Positions 36,345 through 47,879 of a DNA stretch of 60,116 nt are shown piece after piece. The notes beneath the pieces are model-generated. The model did no database searches, was not told the DNA's origin, and worked only from the letters and a program-made list of their open reading frames with translations. Each line of letters begins with the position of its first letter. The first letter of the stretch is position 1. The position numbers and the translations under genes were made by a program. Origin of the DNA: Cladosporium halotolerans (taxonomy: Eukaryota); NCBI RefSeq assembly GCF_011745625.1, contig NW_027191481.1, positions 248,001-308,116 of the forward strand, given 5' to 3'.

Positions 36345-37505
36345 CTACGTGGTCGCGAGCCCTTTCCAATCTGTCATGTGAATCCGTCAGTAAGGACGTC
36401 TGCAACGAGCGACGAACAATCGATTGGGAAAAGGAAACCCCAAACGCAACTCACCAAATCTCGTCCTCTCCTCATTCCGCCCCTCAACAACAACCTCGTC
36501 GCCCACCCTCACCGTCCCACCCTCCTCACTCCCATTCCCCAAGAAACAATACCGCCCGAAAACAGGACTCCACTTCATCCCTGGATCCACCCTCCGATCC
36601 CGCTGCATCACCGCCAGCAACCTCCCGCCAGGCCCCGTCCCTGGCGCGCCGGTTTCGTAGTCGATGTTGAGCGATTTGCAGCGCGCGCAGTTGTGCGCGC
36701 AGGAGAGCGTCAGGCCTTTGTCTGAGTTGCTCGCGCCGATGGATAGAGAGGCCCAGTAGTCTTCTTCCCAGGGTTCGGCGGCGCCGGAGACGACGATGTT
36801 GGGGCGGAATTTGGTGATGTCTGCTGAGGTGCCGTCGGACAGGCGGTCGGAGAGCGGCGAGATCGAGGTGCGGGAGACGACGAGGTAGGGCGCGCAGTCG
36901 GAGAAGGTGATTTCGTTGGTTTTGTTTTGGGGGATGGATTGGTTGAGGGAGGAGGGGAGGAGGGAGGTGGCGGTTGTGGTTAGGGAGCTTAGCCAGGTTG
37001 TGGTTGTGGATGGGGGATTGGAGGGCGATGTGGACATCAGGACAGGCCGGTAGTTGGTTCCTAGGTAGGCGAGGATGACGGGGTAGCCGAAGCAGGATGT
37101 GAACCAGTCAGTGTATTTGGCGGGCATGCGGTAGGCTTTCGTTGGGCTCTTGTGCATGGTGATTTCGATTTCTTCGAGGTCGGAGGTGTCTGGCTCCAGA
37201 GGGATGGTGAGGGATTGCTCGGATGTGGAGGTGTTTTTGGGCGGCTTGAAAGTGACTTCGATTGTGCCGTCTTTCGCGTCTGGGGTTGAAGGGTAGTGGA
37301 AGATGGGGAAGAAGAGGGTGCCGGCTGGGTCGTGGGCTACGTGCATGTTTCTGTAGGTTGTGGTGTTTGTTTCCGCGTCATTCTTGGGCTCGAGGAGCAT
37401 GAAACGGCGTTCGTAGGCGAAGCCATGTTTGGTCAACTGGGCTGTGTCGAGAGATTGGGCGCGGAGGGCTTTGATGGGGTAGGTGTAGAGAGCTTCGACT
37501 TTCAT
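36345..37505 (-). CDS. MOSC-domain (mARC/YcbX-like) protein; exons 37505-36455, 36370-36345
   Basis: LYTYPIKALR, GFAYERRFML, WFTSCFG, FSDCAPYL, KFRPNIVV, EEDYW, NCARC; final exon DWKGLATT* after a GTGAGT..CTGAC..CAG intron. Confidence 0.9.
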
Positions 37506-39037
37506 GATAACGTGCAGTGCTTCTTGGCTTGTAAATGAATTCGATTCGAAGACAGGAAATGAGTATGAGATTTTCGAGCAAGCTGAAAGGCTATCTTGTA
37601 CGCCTGTACTCTTCAGATAATGCAGGTAGAGGTAGAGATAGCACTGAATTGCCTGACGTGGGTTGCAATTGCGGGGGAGTTGTTGGAGCTCGGCAAGCCC
37701 CAGGTACAGGGCAGACAGCAGCTCTAGCCTAGGCACTGTTCTACATGCTTTGGGCCGGAGCTGAGGTTAATGCGTTCAGAATATTATTCATTAATCATAC
37801 TTGTCGTTTGAAACTCGAGGGATCAGTGTGATGCACTTCAGATGGTCTGACAGCAACATCACGTGTTTCACACGCGACAATCACGTGCTGTGACCCTCCC
37901 CAAGCGGCGTTGCTGGGATGTCCCGTCAAGATCAAGGCAGGCGGCGTGTCAAGCCAGGCACATCTCGATGCGAACGGGTGGTCGTCGCTCCGCAGAGTCG
38001 GAAAGGATGCTGCCGCTGCAGGTTGGGCATGCGCCGACGACGATCGCAGGGCCGAGATGAGGCGGCGGGCGTTGAGCCACAGCGCGAACGTGTTTGCCAT
38101 GGCACAGGCAGGCAGTTGTGGGCAGATGGAGATTGCTGCACGGCGAACATCCCTACCATCTTCGCTGCTGTATTGCTCGACGGCAGACATCCCTGCCATC
38201 GTCGCTGCTGAGCCTCGTGGGCGGTGCAGACTCAGGCGGAAGTCGGCGCAAGAATCGCCCTGTCGCCCTGTACCGTCCGCACTAACGACGACCAAGTGGC
38301 TGCCGGCCCTTCGTGTCGAGTCCGAGCGGCGGCTTGGCGGACGGGGCGAGTCGCGGTGCGCGCAGTGACACCCCGCGATGATGTTGGTTGGTGAGGATGA
38401 CGGCATGCCTGCGCTCGCGTGCGGTACGTGTCTCGGAAGGCGATGCTCAGGCAGTCCAGGCAGTCCAGGCAGACTGCGCAACTCGTGGCCTGCCAGCCAT
38501 CGCATCCCCTGTCCGCTCGCCAGTTCGCTTCTACTGTGCGAAGATCAGGAGGCACCTTAGCCAGCCCAGCGCCGTACAAAAGACGCCCCCGCCACCTGAC
38601 TGTGTCGCGAGCGCCCAGCGCTGCAGCCCAAGCCTCGAAGCGTCCATCGTATTCCTCGTCAGCCCAGCACTTGCAGCACTCGCAGTAGTCACTGCGGGAC
38701 ATTCACACGTCTTACCCACATCTCCACCGCCCGCTCAGCCCTGCGACTCGCCCGACGCGCTCTTACGACACACACACATCTTTAGCCTGGCCCGGCACTG
38801 CGAAATTGTACCGCGCGCATCTACACCTCCACCACTGCTGCCTCGAGACCCCGCGCGCTTTGCGACTGCGATACGCCCGCCCTCCGATTCACCACTACGC
38901 ACAGCTGGACTGGACAATCAGCCTCTCGCTGCGCCTGGCCCTGGCTCGCCGTCAGCCCTCGCTTTGCGATCACGATCACGCCGCGACTGGCCAATCTACA
39001 TTGAACCCGGCCTCTGCGCCGCCAACACATCACCACC

Positions 39038-41056
39038 ATGGAAGACAACGCACGGCTGCGTCGCAAAGACACCACCAAGGGTCCGCCCTTGCGCATCCTC
39101 TCGCTTGACGGTGGCGGAGTCCGCGGCTACTCTATGCTCATTATCCTGCAAGAACTCATGCACCGCACATTCGTCGAGATCGAGGGCCGCGCACCGAAAC
39201 GCCATGAGATCCCCAAACCCGCCGATCATTTCGACTTGATAGCCGGCACTGGCACCGGCGGATTGATCGCAATCATGCTTGGCCGCCTGCGTCTGGACAT
39301 TGACACCTGCAAGGATCTCTACGTGCGCCTGACCAGGCGAGTCTTCGAAACCGACAAGACCATCGCCGGCATACCATACAAGAGCACGCTATTCAAGGCG
39401 AGCAAGCTGGAGGAAGCCATTCGCGAGGTGGTCAGGGAACACACTCTCCACGGGTCCGAGGGTAACGATACCGTTTCGCAAGCTGGAATGACGCCGGACT
39501 CCCCGAGGAGTCAGATGAGTGGTGGTGCCGAGTCCAGCATTCCCTCGAGGACCATGAGCCAAGCCAGTCGCTACAGCCAGGTTGGCTTGAGTCCTGTCAA
39601 CCCGCCACGGAACTTTGGTGTTACCGGCAGATGGGGCAATGCAAATGCCCTGCTTTACGATGCTAGAGAAGCGCGGACGAAAACCGCCGTCACGGCAATG
39701 TTCGCTGGCAAAAGATCAACTGGTAGCTCGGTCATGCTTCGATCTTACGACTCTCGCAAAGAGCCCGCTTCAGATGTCAACTGCACGATTTGGCAAGCAG
39801 GTAGAGCGACCTCTGCAACCGGATTGGCTTTCAAGCCCATACAAATTGGGCAAACCACATATCACGATGAGGGTTCAGGAAAGTTCAACCCTGCCCCTCA
39901 GGTTCTGGATGAAGCGGTCCTGAACGAATGGCCCGGGAGAGAAGTCGGAGTCTTCGTCAGCATCGGCACCGGAAAGCGCCCGTCTGGCACGTCAGAAAAG
40001 CAGCACGAATGGTGGGAGGGCTTCATGGGAGGAACGTTAGGAAACTTCGCAGAGGCGAGGCGACGACTGATCGCTAAAATTGAGGGATGCGAGGACACCC
40101 ATCAGTACATGATGCACGAGCACCTTGGAGCCCGACACGTCAGCCCAGAGAACTACTACCGTTTGAACGTGGAAGTCGGTGTCGGCGAATTCGGAATGAA
40201 CGAATGGGATCGCTTGGGCGACATCAGCACCGGCACTCGCATGTATCTGGGCAAAAGTGACGTCCAGAGCATCAATTTGGGTGCCTCAGCTAAGCTCGCA
40301 AGAGTGCACTTCGCAAAGAAGCGCCTCGAGCGGACCGCTCGCGGTCAAAATGGGCCCGGATCTCTTTCTGGCCGCCACAGCTGGCAAAATGGATATGATC
40401 AGCCGTCACCCTCTGGTCAAGAAATTCCTCTACCCAGTAACCCAATGGCTGTCGAGCTGCCCGGCAGCGATCCCTCATTCCTCCCCGCCGCGCCTCCTCC
40501 GCGGCCTTCGTATGAACATCGACCCAGTGTCGCGGACATGAAATACACAGTCGTCTCATCCGACGAATTTCCCCAACCAGCCGACGACCCGCACAACACC
40601 TCCGACGCCACAACACCCACCCAGCAATCCTACGCACACTCACACCACCGCTCATACTCCCACAACTACCACTCCCACAACCCAAGCTCCGCCACCTCCC
40701 TCCACTCTCCCTACCAGTCGCCCACCTACCCACCACACCGCCTCTCGGCAGACTACTCCCCGCCTCCTGCACTCTACCAAGCCCCTCCGCCAGTTCCTGG
40801 AGCTCCGCCGCCCCCTCTCCCGCCCAAGACGCCTCTCCCTTACCCGGACGACACGAGCCCCATCTCACCCCCTTCGGCCGGCACACAGCCCAGCCCGCGC
40901 ATGGGTAACGGGCCCGCGACTTTCATGAACATGGGCGAGCTGAGGCGCAATCTGCCCTACCCTGTTTCCGGCGCTGAGGAGGGTCTTCTGAGGGGTGGCG
41001 GTGAGGGGCCGCCGCCGAGTGTTAATATGAGGAGCAAGCCCAGTTTGGCTAGGTGA
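39038..41056 (+). CDS. Patatin-like phospholipase domain protein (iPLA2-gamma-like) with Pro-rich tail
   Basis: LRILSLDGGGVRG, FDLIAGTGTGGLIAIMLGRL, IWQAGRATSA, FVSIGTG, YYRLNV. Confidence 0.9.
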   Translation: MEDNARLRRKDTTKGPPLRILSLDGGGVRGYSMLIILQELMHRTFVEIEGRAPKRHEIPKPADHFDLIAGTGTGGLIAIMLGRLRLDIDTCKDLYVRLTRRVFETDKTIAGIPYKSTLFKASKLEEAIREVVREHTLHGSEGNDTVSQAGMTPDSPRSQMSGGAESSIPSRTMSQASRYSQVGLSPVNPPRNFGVTGRWGNANALLYDAREARTKTAVTAMFAGKRSTGSSVMLRSYDSRKEPASDVNCTIWQAGRATSATGLAFKPIQIGQTTYHDEGSGKFNPAPQVLDEAVLNEWPGREVGVFVSIGTGKRPSGTSEKQHEWWEGFMGGTLGNFAEARRRLIAKIEGCEDTHQYMMHEHLGARHVSPENYYRLNVEVGVGEFGMNEWDRLGDISTGTRMYLGKSDVQSINLGASAKLARVHFAKKRLERTARGQNGPGSLSGRHSWQNGYDQPSPSGQEIPLPSNPMAVELPGSDPSFLPAAPPPRPSYEHRPSVADMKYTVVSSDEFPQPADDPHNTSDATTPTQQSYAHSHHRSYSHNYHSHNPSSATSLHSPYQSPTYPPHRLSADYSPPPALYQAPPPVPGAPPPPLPPKTPLPYPDDTSPISPPSAGTQPSPRMGNGPATFMNMGELRRNLPYPVSGAEEGLLRGGGEGPPPSVNMRSKPSLAR

Positions 41057-41543
41057 TCATGATGATGGGATGGCACGGGGTGTTTGGGTTTGATGTTTTG
41101 AGATACCACTGTTGTTCTTTTTGGGTTTATTCGGAGCATGTGAGTCGGAAGCTTTCTGGGTGGATGGAAAAGGGAAGGAAGCATCATTTACAGCTGTAAC
41201 GCTACACCAGAGGAGTTGAGGGTTGCATGATGATCTCGGAATATAATGGGACAACAGCATCGTACTAGATTGCTTTACAACTAAGACTACTACAGCTCTA
41301 AGACCTCAGAATATTTTCGAATACAATATGTATCCCATGTTAAATCATTCCCATCATCATATTAACCGCAAGTGTTTACATGGCAAGAAATCGTGTTTCT
41401 CCTTCCTTGTGAACGCCAAAATCGCATCTCAAGACGAGACGTCACCTCGCCGATCTCCGCTGCACGGCCGCCCGCGCAGCTGCTGCAACATCCAAAACCG
41501 CCAAATGCCAACCGGCTGCTCGTCCACAAGACAACATGCAGCA

Positions 41544-43388
41544 ATGCTCCGCCGCAGACATGGGCTGAGCACAGCAGCTACCGCGCTGCGGTCTCTCGCT
41601 CCCAGCAAACTCCCGCCCTCGACTCTCTCCGAGAACGCCCGCCGGCACGCCTCCAATGCCTCCCACAGCCACGACATCGCCGTCTTAGGCGCCGGCATCA
41701 CCGGCCTCGCGACCGCCTACTTCCTCTCCAAACAGCTCCCTCGCGCCAAAATCACCCTCTACGAATCCGCGCCCCGCATCGGCGGCTGGCTCGACAGCTC
41801 GCGCGTCGACGTCCCCGGCGAGGGAGGCGGCAACGTGCTGTTCGAGAAGGGCCCGCGCACTCTCCGCCCCGCGCAAAATGGCGTTCTGGCCGCCATGTTG
41901 ATCCAGGAGCTGGGGTTGGAGAACGAGACCATTTTCACCCAGAACACCAGCCCCGCGGCTACCAATCGGTTTCTGTTCTACCCCGACCGCCTGGTCAAGA
42001 TGCCGCATCCGTCGTATGGGTTTTGGGAGAACTTTCAGAACATCTGGTCGGAGCCCGTGTTCGACAGGATCCTTCCTTCGTTGTTCTGGGAGGTCTGGAA
42101 GGATCCGAGGGATGAGAGCGTGAGGGACGAGAGCATCGGGGATTTTTTCGAGAGGCGCTTCAGCAGGACGGTCGTGGAGAGGATTCTGAGCGGGATGATT
42201 CATGGGATTTACGCGGGCGATGTTTACAAGCTGTCTGCGAGGAGCTTGTTCCCTAGGCCGTTTAGGGATGAGGTCACGCATGGGGGCGTGATCCAGGGCG
42301 CTGCGAAGGCGAGGACGGAGGGGCTGGAGACGACGAAGCGGGAGATGGAGTTCTTGAATGAGATGAAGGCTTACAAGTGGGATGCGAGGCTGCGGAGAGT
42401 GCTGAGGGATACTTCGGTGTTTACGTTCAGGGATGGCTTGGGGATGTTGGTCGATCGGCTGGCGCGCAGCTTGTGGGAGGCGGGTAATGTGGATATTCAG
42501 ACTTCCACGCCGGTCAAGGCCCTCAAGCTCGCGGACGACAAGACGGGCGTCGAGGTGACGACTTTCAAGTCGCCTGATCCTGTCCGCCACGACACTGTCG
42601 TCTCTGCCTTGTCGCCGGCTCACCTTAACGCTCTCGCACCGCCAAACACTACCCTCGCCCCGGACACGCCCAGCGTCACCGTCATGACCGTCAACCTCTA
42701 CTACTCCCAGCCCAACATGCACCCACCGGGCTTCGGCTACCTCATCCCTCTCGCAACGCCTTTCGAAGAGAACCCTGAACGCGCCCTCGGCGTCGTCTTC
42801 GACACCGCCTACTCGCCATCGGAAGCAGACACCGACACTTCCCAATGGAACATCAACGACATGGAGCAGCTGACCCGCGAGCGTGAAGCTGGACGCATGA
42901 TCAACGTCAACGACTTCGCCTGGCACAACTTCCCCTCCAAACCGGTCGTTCAGGATACCGTCCACGCCCGCGGCACAAAGGTCACCGTCATGCTCGGCGG
43001 CCACTGGTGGGACGGCTGGCCTGCTTATCCTTCCGAGAAGGAAGGGCTGGAGATGGCGCGCTCGGTCCTCTCGCGCCAGCTGCTGATCCACCAGCAGCCG
43101 CAGGCCTGGTCGGTCAATTTGCAGAAGGACTGCATCCCACAGTACACCGTGGGCCACGACGAGCGGCTGAAGCAGGCGCACGCGGGGCTCGCGAGGCAGT
43201 ATCAGGGTCGCCTGAGGGTTGCAGGGAACTGGATGAAGGGTGTTGGTGTCAATGATTGTCTGAGGAGCGCGTGGGATGTCGTCAAAGGGATTAGGGAGGG
43301 GACGGATGGGACTGGATTGGAGCATGTCGGGAACGAGGAGTATGTCAAGTTGAAGCCTGTGAGGGTCGATAGGGGAAAGGAAGAGTAG
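41544..43388 (+). CDS. HEM14: Protoporphyrinogen oxidase with mitochondrial presequence
   Basis: IAVLGAGITGL, RIGGW, FEKGPRTLRP, HGIYAGD, GFGYLIP, VMLGGHWW, CIPQYTVGH, GVGVNDC; start MLRRRHGLS. Confidence 0.93.
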   Translation: MLRRRHGLSTAATALRSLAPSKLPPSTLSENARRHASNASHSHDIAVLGAGITGLATAYFLSKQLPRAKITLYESAPRIGGWLDSSRVDVPGEGGGNVLFEKGPRTLRPAQNGVLAAMLIQELGLENETIFTQNTSPAATNRFLFYPDRLVKMPHPSYGFWENFQNIWSEPVFDRILPSLFWEVWKDPRDESVRDESIGDFFERRFSRTVVERILSGMIHGIYAGDVYKLSARSLFPRPFRDEVTHGGVIQGAAKARTEGLETTKREMEFLNEMKAYKWDARLRRVLRDTSVFTFRDGLGMLVDRLARSLWEAGNVDIQTSTPVKALKLADDKTGVEVTTFKSPDPVRHDTVVSALSPAHLNALAPPNTTLAPDTPSVTVMTVNLYYSQPNMHPPGFGYLIPLATPFEENPERALGVVFDTAYSPSEADTDTSQWNINDMEQLTREREAGRMINVNDFAWHNFPSKPVVQDTVHARGTKVTVMLGGHWWDGWPAYPSEKEGLEMARSVLSRQLLIHQQPQAWSVNLQKDCIPQYTVGHDERLKQAHAGLARQYQGRLRVAGNWMKGVGVNDCLRSAWDVVKGIREGTDGTGLEHVGNEEYVKLKPVRVDRGKEE

Positions 43389-44198
43389 ATGTGGGAGAGA
43401 GGGGTTGTACACGATTGTATACATAGATAATTTTATACATGTGGAAAGTACTTTTCCTTTGCGCAGTTGGTTCGAAGGATGTTGAATGAGGGGAGGAGCC
43501 GAGCTTGGTTTTCGAAGGCATCCGAAGAGTATTTTTGTGAAGTTTACTTGCGACTCCTGGAAACATCCTACATTGAATAACAATGCCTACTTGTAGTTCT
43601 AGCATATTCGTTCACATTCACGTGACACTCGTGTGGCAGGGATGTGAAGCGGCGTTGCTGATCTTGTCCAATTGCTGTCGTCAGATCGCCAAGCTGCCCG
43701 ACACAGCCCCACCTGCCCATCACACCCTCGCATATGCCTGCCTGAGGGTCACATTGCCTGGTTTCCGTGGGAGGCGATATCACCAACTCGACACTCTCCA
43801 TCTCTCTCCATCTCCCTCCTATGACAGACGCCAGCGCATCCGCGCATCTACGCTTGGTACAACTCCTCCTGCGCGGCCAGGCAAACATCCCGTTTCTTGT
43901 GCCGCGTCGAGTCCTCGAATCAGTGAGCTCGTCGGCCTGGCGAGGCTCGTTCATGTCTTTATCTTGCTCCGGTGAGCGGCGCGAAATCCCATCATCGACA
44001 GTCTAATGTTTTGCTTTGCTGCGGCCGCAGCGTCTATTGTCAAGTGAAGCTGCGACCGGAGAATCATCAAAGTGAAGCGAAGCGGCGACTTGGGCAGCAA
44101 AGTGGGACGCCGCTTACCATTCTGCGACCGCGCATTCGCCGTCATCTGGCAGGCATCTTCGTATCACCACAATACAATTGTCCTCGCGACCATAGACC

Positions 44199-46007
44199 AT
44201 GGCGGAGAGTCTGCAATCATCGCGCCGCCCACGCGCTCAGCGCGACCTTTCCAATATTCCCGGATTCAATCACTCTCGGCGTTCCTGGACCGGTAATGGC
44301 GTGCACATTACCATGGAAACTGCTACATATGCGAGTCCTGGATCCTTCTTCCGCAGCAACACTGCCGACGGCTTCAGTGGTTTCAACGACTTCCTCCAAC
44401 CACAGTCCAGACGGACTCGAACCGCCACTGGAGGAGGCGGATTGTTCAGCGGGGGTTTTCTGGGAGGTGCCATTAACTTACTAAATGATGCTGCGAGTGC
44501 TCAGACGAGGCGAGAGAGGCCGACGAAGAGGGTTGCTCGAGATGAGTACTTCACGGAGTCGGAAGACGAGGCCTCGGACCAAACCGACAGCGAGGACGAT
44601 CTGGCTTATGGCTCCTTACCGCGGACATCTGCGCAGCAGCCTAACAAGTCGATGTTTGGCAAGCTGAAAGATCGAATCCTTGACCATGGACATCACCGAG
44701 GCAACAGACCCCGTGAAGGGCAACGGCCTGGTAACGTGCGCCGCGACTCACAGTCTGATGCAAGGAGCTACCGAACACAGTCTCCAGAAGCGCAAAGAGG
44801 GAACAGACGGCAGCCTACCGTGGACTATGATGAGACGCCCGAAAGCTCGCCCGATCGCTCCACTGGTCCTCGACCATCTACCCGGGATGGCATGAGGGAA
44901 CGGATTGAGCGTGAAGTGGCAGCCCTACAGCGCGCAGTCGAGAGCGAAAGGAAACAATATTTGCACGCAAAGTATCAGTTCCAGCAGGCTTCACAGCGGA
45001 ACATGATTGACCCGGAGCATGTGCAGGTCTTACTTGACCGCGTGAAAACACATGGGACGCTTCTGGCATCAGCGCAGCGAAATTTACAAGTCGCCAAAGA
45101 GCAACAGCGACGGCATACTTCCACCCGTCAACCGCAAGGTCGTCCGCAGCGTCGCCCGTCCCCTCCAAGAGAGCCATCGTATCAACTCGAAGATAGTGAC
45201 GATGACGATTACGAACCATATCCTCGCCAATCATTTGATCCATTCTCTGGTTCATCACGGCACGGTAATCTTTTCGAACAGTCCTTCCGCCCATCGGCCA
45301 CCTTCGATCCTCTCGGCAGCTTCCGCGTGTTCGACCGTCTCTTCGCTGATGCAGATACGTCGTTCCACGGCCATGGGACCGGTTTCCAATTTTTCGCGGG
45401 TCCCGGCGGCACATCTTTCAAGCGCACGAACTTCGGAGAGCCGGGCACAGGCCCATCTCGCGGACCTAATCGACCCAGGACGTTCCATGACGTCCCGCCC
45501 CAACCTCAATCCGCTCCCCGAATGGCCCCTCGGATGCCATCAAATTACCTCCGCGCCGCAGAGGCCGCAAAACTCTTTGCAACCTACAACTCGACCTGGA
45601 ACTCCCTTTCTGCCACTTTTCCCAAGATTCCCTACCCAACGCGGACCCTCCTCGCTCCCGCCCTAGCGGACCCTTCCACCATTGCGCATCAATCCGCACA
45701 CACTTGGTCTACAGAGCAGACGATGCAGGCCAACACGGCGCTCTTCTTCTTACTCGCGCTGGGTTTCTCCCCGCTCATCTCCGACGCAGGGACAGTGACG
45801 TTTGATCGCCTCGCGGCGGACGAAGCGAGCGTCAAAGCACTGCTGACGGTCCTGAAGAAAGAGAAGATGCGCTGGCACAGTGATCGATTGGGCAGAAGGA
45901 ATGAGGATATTCCTGGCGGAGGGGTAAATGAGGAGCTTCAGAGGGATGAGAGGGCTCGGGCGGTGTTTCATGGGGTTTGTGCTTTGATGGAGTTTGCGAT
46001 GGAATGA
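44199..46007 (+). CDS. Hypothetical protein (602 aa): disordered N-terminus, coiled coil, C-terminal helical domain with KEKMRWHSD motif
   Basis: Long intronless ATG ORF; C-terminal Y..W..IPYP...LKKEKMRWHSDRL...ARAVF pattern. Confidence 0.8.
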   Translation: MAESLQSSRRPRAQRDLSNIPGFNHSRRSWTGNGVHITMETATYASPGSFFRSNTADGFSGFNDFLQPQSRRTRTATGGGGLFSGGFLGGAINLLNDAASAQTRRERPTKRVARDEYFTESEDEASDQTDSEDDLAYGSLPRTSAQQPNKSMFGKLKDRILDHGHHRGNRPREGQRPGNVRRDSQSDARSYRTQSPEAQRGNRRQPTVDYDETPESSPDRSTGPRPSTRDGMRERIEREVAALQRAVESERKQYLHAKYQFQQASQRNMIDPEHVQVLLDRVKTHGTLLASAQRNLQVAKEQQRRHTSTRQPQGRPQRRPSPPREPSYQLEDSDDDDYEPYPRQSFDPFSGSSRHGNLFEQSFRPSATFDPLGSFRVFDRLFADADTSFHGHGTGFQFFAGPGGTSFKRTNFGEPGTGPSRGPNRPRTFHDVPPQPQSAPRMAPRMPSNYLRAAEAAKLFATYNSTWNSLSATFPKIPYPTRTLLAPALADPSTIAHQSAHTWSTEQTMQANTALFFLLALGFSPLISDAGTVTFDRLAADEASVKALLTVLKKEKMRWHSDRLGRRNEDIPGGGVNEELQRDERARAVFHGVCALMEFAME

Positions 46008-46141
46008 ATCACTTGGTTGAGGATGGCATTGAGGGGCATTGAGTGTGGATTGTAATGGAACGGAAGACTGTGTGGATTGATGGTAATGAAGTTAATGAGA
46101 TAGATCAGCAACCATGAAAGGCTTCCTTAAGCAATCAGGAT

Positions 46142-47035
46142 TCAGTCTCGCAGAGCGATATCCGCATTGCCGACGTGACGAACAACCTGCCCCCAAAACC
46201 TCTCTCTCCCACCATCCCTCTTCCCCTCTCTCCCATCCCAAACCTCCCTGATTCCCTGCAAAACGTCCACCGCGCCCGCCAACTCCCTTACAAGCGCCGT
46301 GCGCCTTTTCCGCTCCGCCCTTACACCTTCCACCAATACCTCTAGAGCCGCACACCCAACTTCCAGCTTCTTCCACGCAACTCGAACATCCTCCACCCTC
46401 ACCCCGCCTCCCCTGCCACTCACCTCTTCAAGCTTCCGGGCGGACAAATCCTCACATCCCCGCCAGTCGTCGATCGCTTCAAGCAACCGCACCGCGTGCT
46501 TACCGAAGGACGCCTCCGGCACAGGCTCGACGTCGCCCTCGTCGGTTTGCTGCTGCTGCTGCTGCTGTTGCCGATCGGGCACGCCGCGGTAGTCCAGCTT
46601 ACAGGCCCAGAGGTGTGCCTTGGTGGGTTCGTCGATGTAGGCGCTGACGTAGAGTGTGTCGTTGCGGAACTCGGCTTCGAGGTTCTCGGCGTAGGAGAGG
46701 AAGGCGGTCAAGGAGGTGTAGAGGGCGCGAGCAGCGGCTGGGAAGGGGATGGTGTTTCTTTTCCGGATGGGTTTTGTCGCTGGTCGTGGTGGCGTAGTAA
46801 GAGTAAGCGTTTGAAGATTGTATGAAGGGAAGGTGGAGAGTTGGTGGAGGTTTGTGCTGGCGTGGTAGGGATTGAGGGAGCTGTGGCCGGTTGAGAGCAT
46901 CCAGAAGCCTTGTCTGGGATGCGATAGAAAGGCATCGTCAAGTATTGAGGCGCCGGACCTACGGGAAATGAAGTTGTGCAGATGGGTGGCGCGAGACAAG
47001 CCCCTCCGATTGGGTACGAGGTCTGTTTCGGCCAT
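46142..47035 (-). CDS. Hypothetical protein (297 aa)
   Basis: ATG ORF with helical, protein-like C-terminal half and a CAG poly-Q tract; no family recognised. Confidence 0.65.
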   Translation of the reverse strand: MAETDLVPNRRGLSRATHLHNFISRRSGASILDDAFLSHPRQGFWMLSTGHSSLNPYHASTNLHQLSTFPSYNLQTLTLTTPPRPATKPIRKRNTIPFPAAARALYTSLTAFLSYAENLEAEFRNDTLYVSAYIDEPTKAHLWACKLDYRGVPDRQQQQQQQQTDEGDVEPVPEASFGKHAVRLLEAIDDWRGCEDLSARKLEEVSGRGGGVRVEDVRVAWKKLEVGCAALEVLVEGVRAERKRRTALVRELAGAVDVLQGIREVWDGREGKRDGGRERFWGQVVRHVGNADIALRD

Positions 47036-47879
47036 GAATGATGCTATGGCAGCTTCGTTGAGCTTAGGAGAGTGATTGATGCAAGACCAAAGATGGGAGT
47101 GGAGATGAAGGTTTATGCAATATTAAGTGCCACAGTGTGTTCGATGTACGTATTGCTCTGTAAGGTCTGCGAGGTATTCGATTCTTGCAGCCTTGCTTCT
47201 GCCTTTAATAATGTAGGAGGGTACAAGTATTTGCTTTCATCTGACAAAATCCCGAAGAGCTTGGTTTTGACCCAAATGGTCAGTCGTATGCTGAGTACCT
47301 ACTCGCAGGCAATCTTGTACTTGGCTCCAGCATGGCACAAAGCATATAACTACTGGCAGAGCTCGAGTGAGACGCCAAGTGGGACGTGTTGCTTATTTGC
47401 TGTCACTTCCGAAGTGAGCTTATGTAGCAAACATGCCTAGAGTCTCGTGATATCCACCTTGAAGCTAGATGTGCAAGAGACTGGAAGTCGGGATCAATGC
47501 CAGCAAGACGATGCCAGCTGGTCCATCTCCACTCCGGCGCTTGTGTTCACACTAGGATCCAGTAGAAACGTTCGGGTCCATAGAAACGCTTCGCAGCTTG
47601 AGAAGACCGAACGTGCTACCACCAGCACGTACAGCGCAGATCGAAAATTGCCAGTTCCATATTCATTGTGCTTACGCTGCACGTATCCCATCTCAAAACC
47701 CTTCTTGGGTGCCTTTTCCGTCGAAACAAGCGAGTCACGACCCAAGCACGCGAGGTGTAGAGTGGGAATGAGCATACTAAGCAGATTCGAGAAGTCGGAG
47801 TCATCTGCATAATGTTACTTTAAATTATATTCAGGATAGTATATTTGCGGACAGTATTAATCAAGATGCGGGTGTTCTA

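Noticed and set aside
38388..39037. 283-aa ORF and 9-nt tandem GGCAGTCCA upstream of the patatin gene
   Set aside because: Pro/Ala/Ser-rich reading of a GC-rich leader with a TTG start; the repeat is only about 2.5 copies.
41685..43583. 632-aa antisense ORF over HEM14 (likewise 9019-10092, 19508-20509, 24135-25202, 34916-35749)
   Set aside because: Antisense shadows of well-supported GC-biased genes.
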